A stretch of DNA of 64,000 bases, taken from the NCBI RefSeq assembly GCF_028641065.1, contig NC_073408.1, positions 12,710,001 to 12,774,000 of the forward strand, read 5' to 3'. Within the stretch, counting starts at the first letter, position 1. Every line of letters begins with the position of its first letter. Positions 63,281 to 64,000 of the stretch are shown piece by piece. The notes under the pieces are model-generated. The model had not been told where the DNA came from. It was given only the letters and a program-made list of their open reading frames with translations, and did no database searches. The DNA comes from Leucoraja erinacea (taxonomy: Eukaryota). The position numbers and the translations under genes are program-made.

Positions 63281-64000
63281 CAGGTGCACAACCTTTTATC
63301 CGAAGATCCAAATAACGAAAACCTCCAAATAGCGACATTTTTTCAGTCCTTGAAAAAAGGTCCTTGAAAACGTTCACGGAGGGCGGCCCGCAGAGGTGAC
63401 AGCGGAACCTCCGGTCGGTCCTCGAAGAAAGGGGAACTAAATCCCCATCCATAAAAGAGAAGGTGAGGGTATATTGCGCGGGAGGGTTAATAATTGACAA
63501 TATGCTGCTGTCTGCCCGCTGAGTTAAAAAAGTTCCCACGGTAGACTCACGATACACAGTGTATCGTGAGTCTTGCGTGGGAACTTTTTTAACTCAGCGG
63601 GCAGGGAGCTGCAGATTGTCGCTCCCTTCAGTTTCACCCCACCTACACCCCTCTGCTTCCCGGCCATGTGTGTGACCCCTTCCCTCCCCTCTCCAGATCC
63701 CCGCCTATTGCACCGGCGCGGGGGCTTTGCACTGTCTTCACGTCGGCAATGCCAGTCACCGGAGACATCAGGACCAACGGGACACCGACCCCCAGGCCCA
63801 CTGCAAGCACGGAGATCCCAGAGACCCACAGCCAGCAGCAGCCCAGCCCCGTTCCAACTCCAGAGGAAAACTGCAAACTAGCGGGAGACATCGGGACCAC
63901 CAGGAGCCGCTCCCCGATGGGCCGCTACGGCGACAAGTGGCAGTTCGCCCACAGCCCGAGCTGTGCCCCCTCATCGGGACACCGACCCCCAGGCCCACTG
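63281..64000. mobile_element. Tigger-like MITE (same TIR as 49817) with different interior, runs off the window
   Basis: TA|CAGGTGCACAACCTTTTATCCG. Internal near-perfect hairpin at ~63512-63604 and a repeated gggacaccgacccccaggcccactg. Confidence 0.85.

Noticed and set aside
216-63998. Short ORFs in the six-frame track as host genes
   Set aside because: Those with recognisable motifs are TE fragments. The rest are short, low-complexity or antisense to repeats, with no family signature.

Overview
This is eukaryotic, AT-rich, repeat-dense vertebrate DNA. The repeat repertoire points to a cartilaginous fish, probably a skate or ray (inference): CR1/HER1-type LINEs, tRNA-headed V-SINEs, Penelope GIY-YIG elements, Rex1/Babar, Vingi, RTE, L2, Tc1, hAT, Harbinger-type MITEs and a Helitron. 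I found no intact protein-coding gene. Every ORF with recognisable motifs is a decayed transposon fragment, so the window is most likely a long intron or gene desert, and it has one assembly gap (25608-25770). Most interesting: (1) a dispersed family of short Penelope-terminus modules carrying a minimal hammerhead-ribozyme core, present as single, tandem and head-to-head palindromic copies, one with its own 15-bp TSD; (2) two locally templated inverted insertions associated with CR1 copies; (3) + strand splice signals (an 18-nt microexon candidate, a recursive-splice-site candidate and a candidate GC-rich first exon) plus CpG-retaining unique blocks that look regulatory; (4) a Helitron carrying a duplicated GC-box/TATA module. 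Boundaries of decayed repeats are approximate, and family names come from motif recognition, not database searches.
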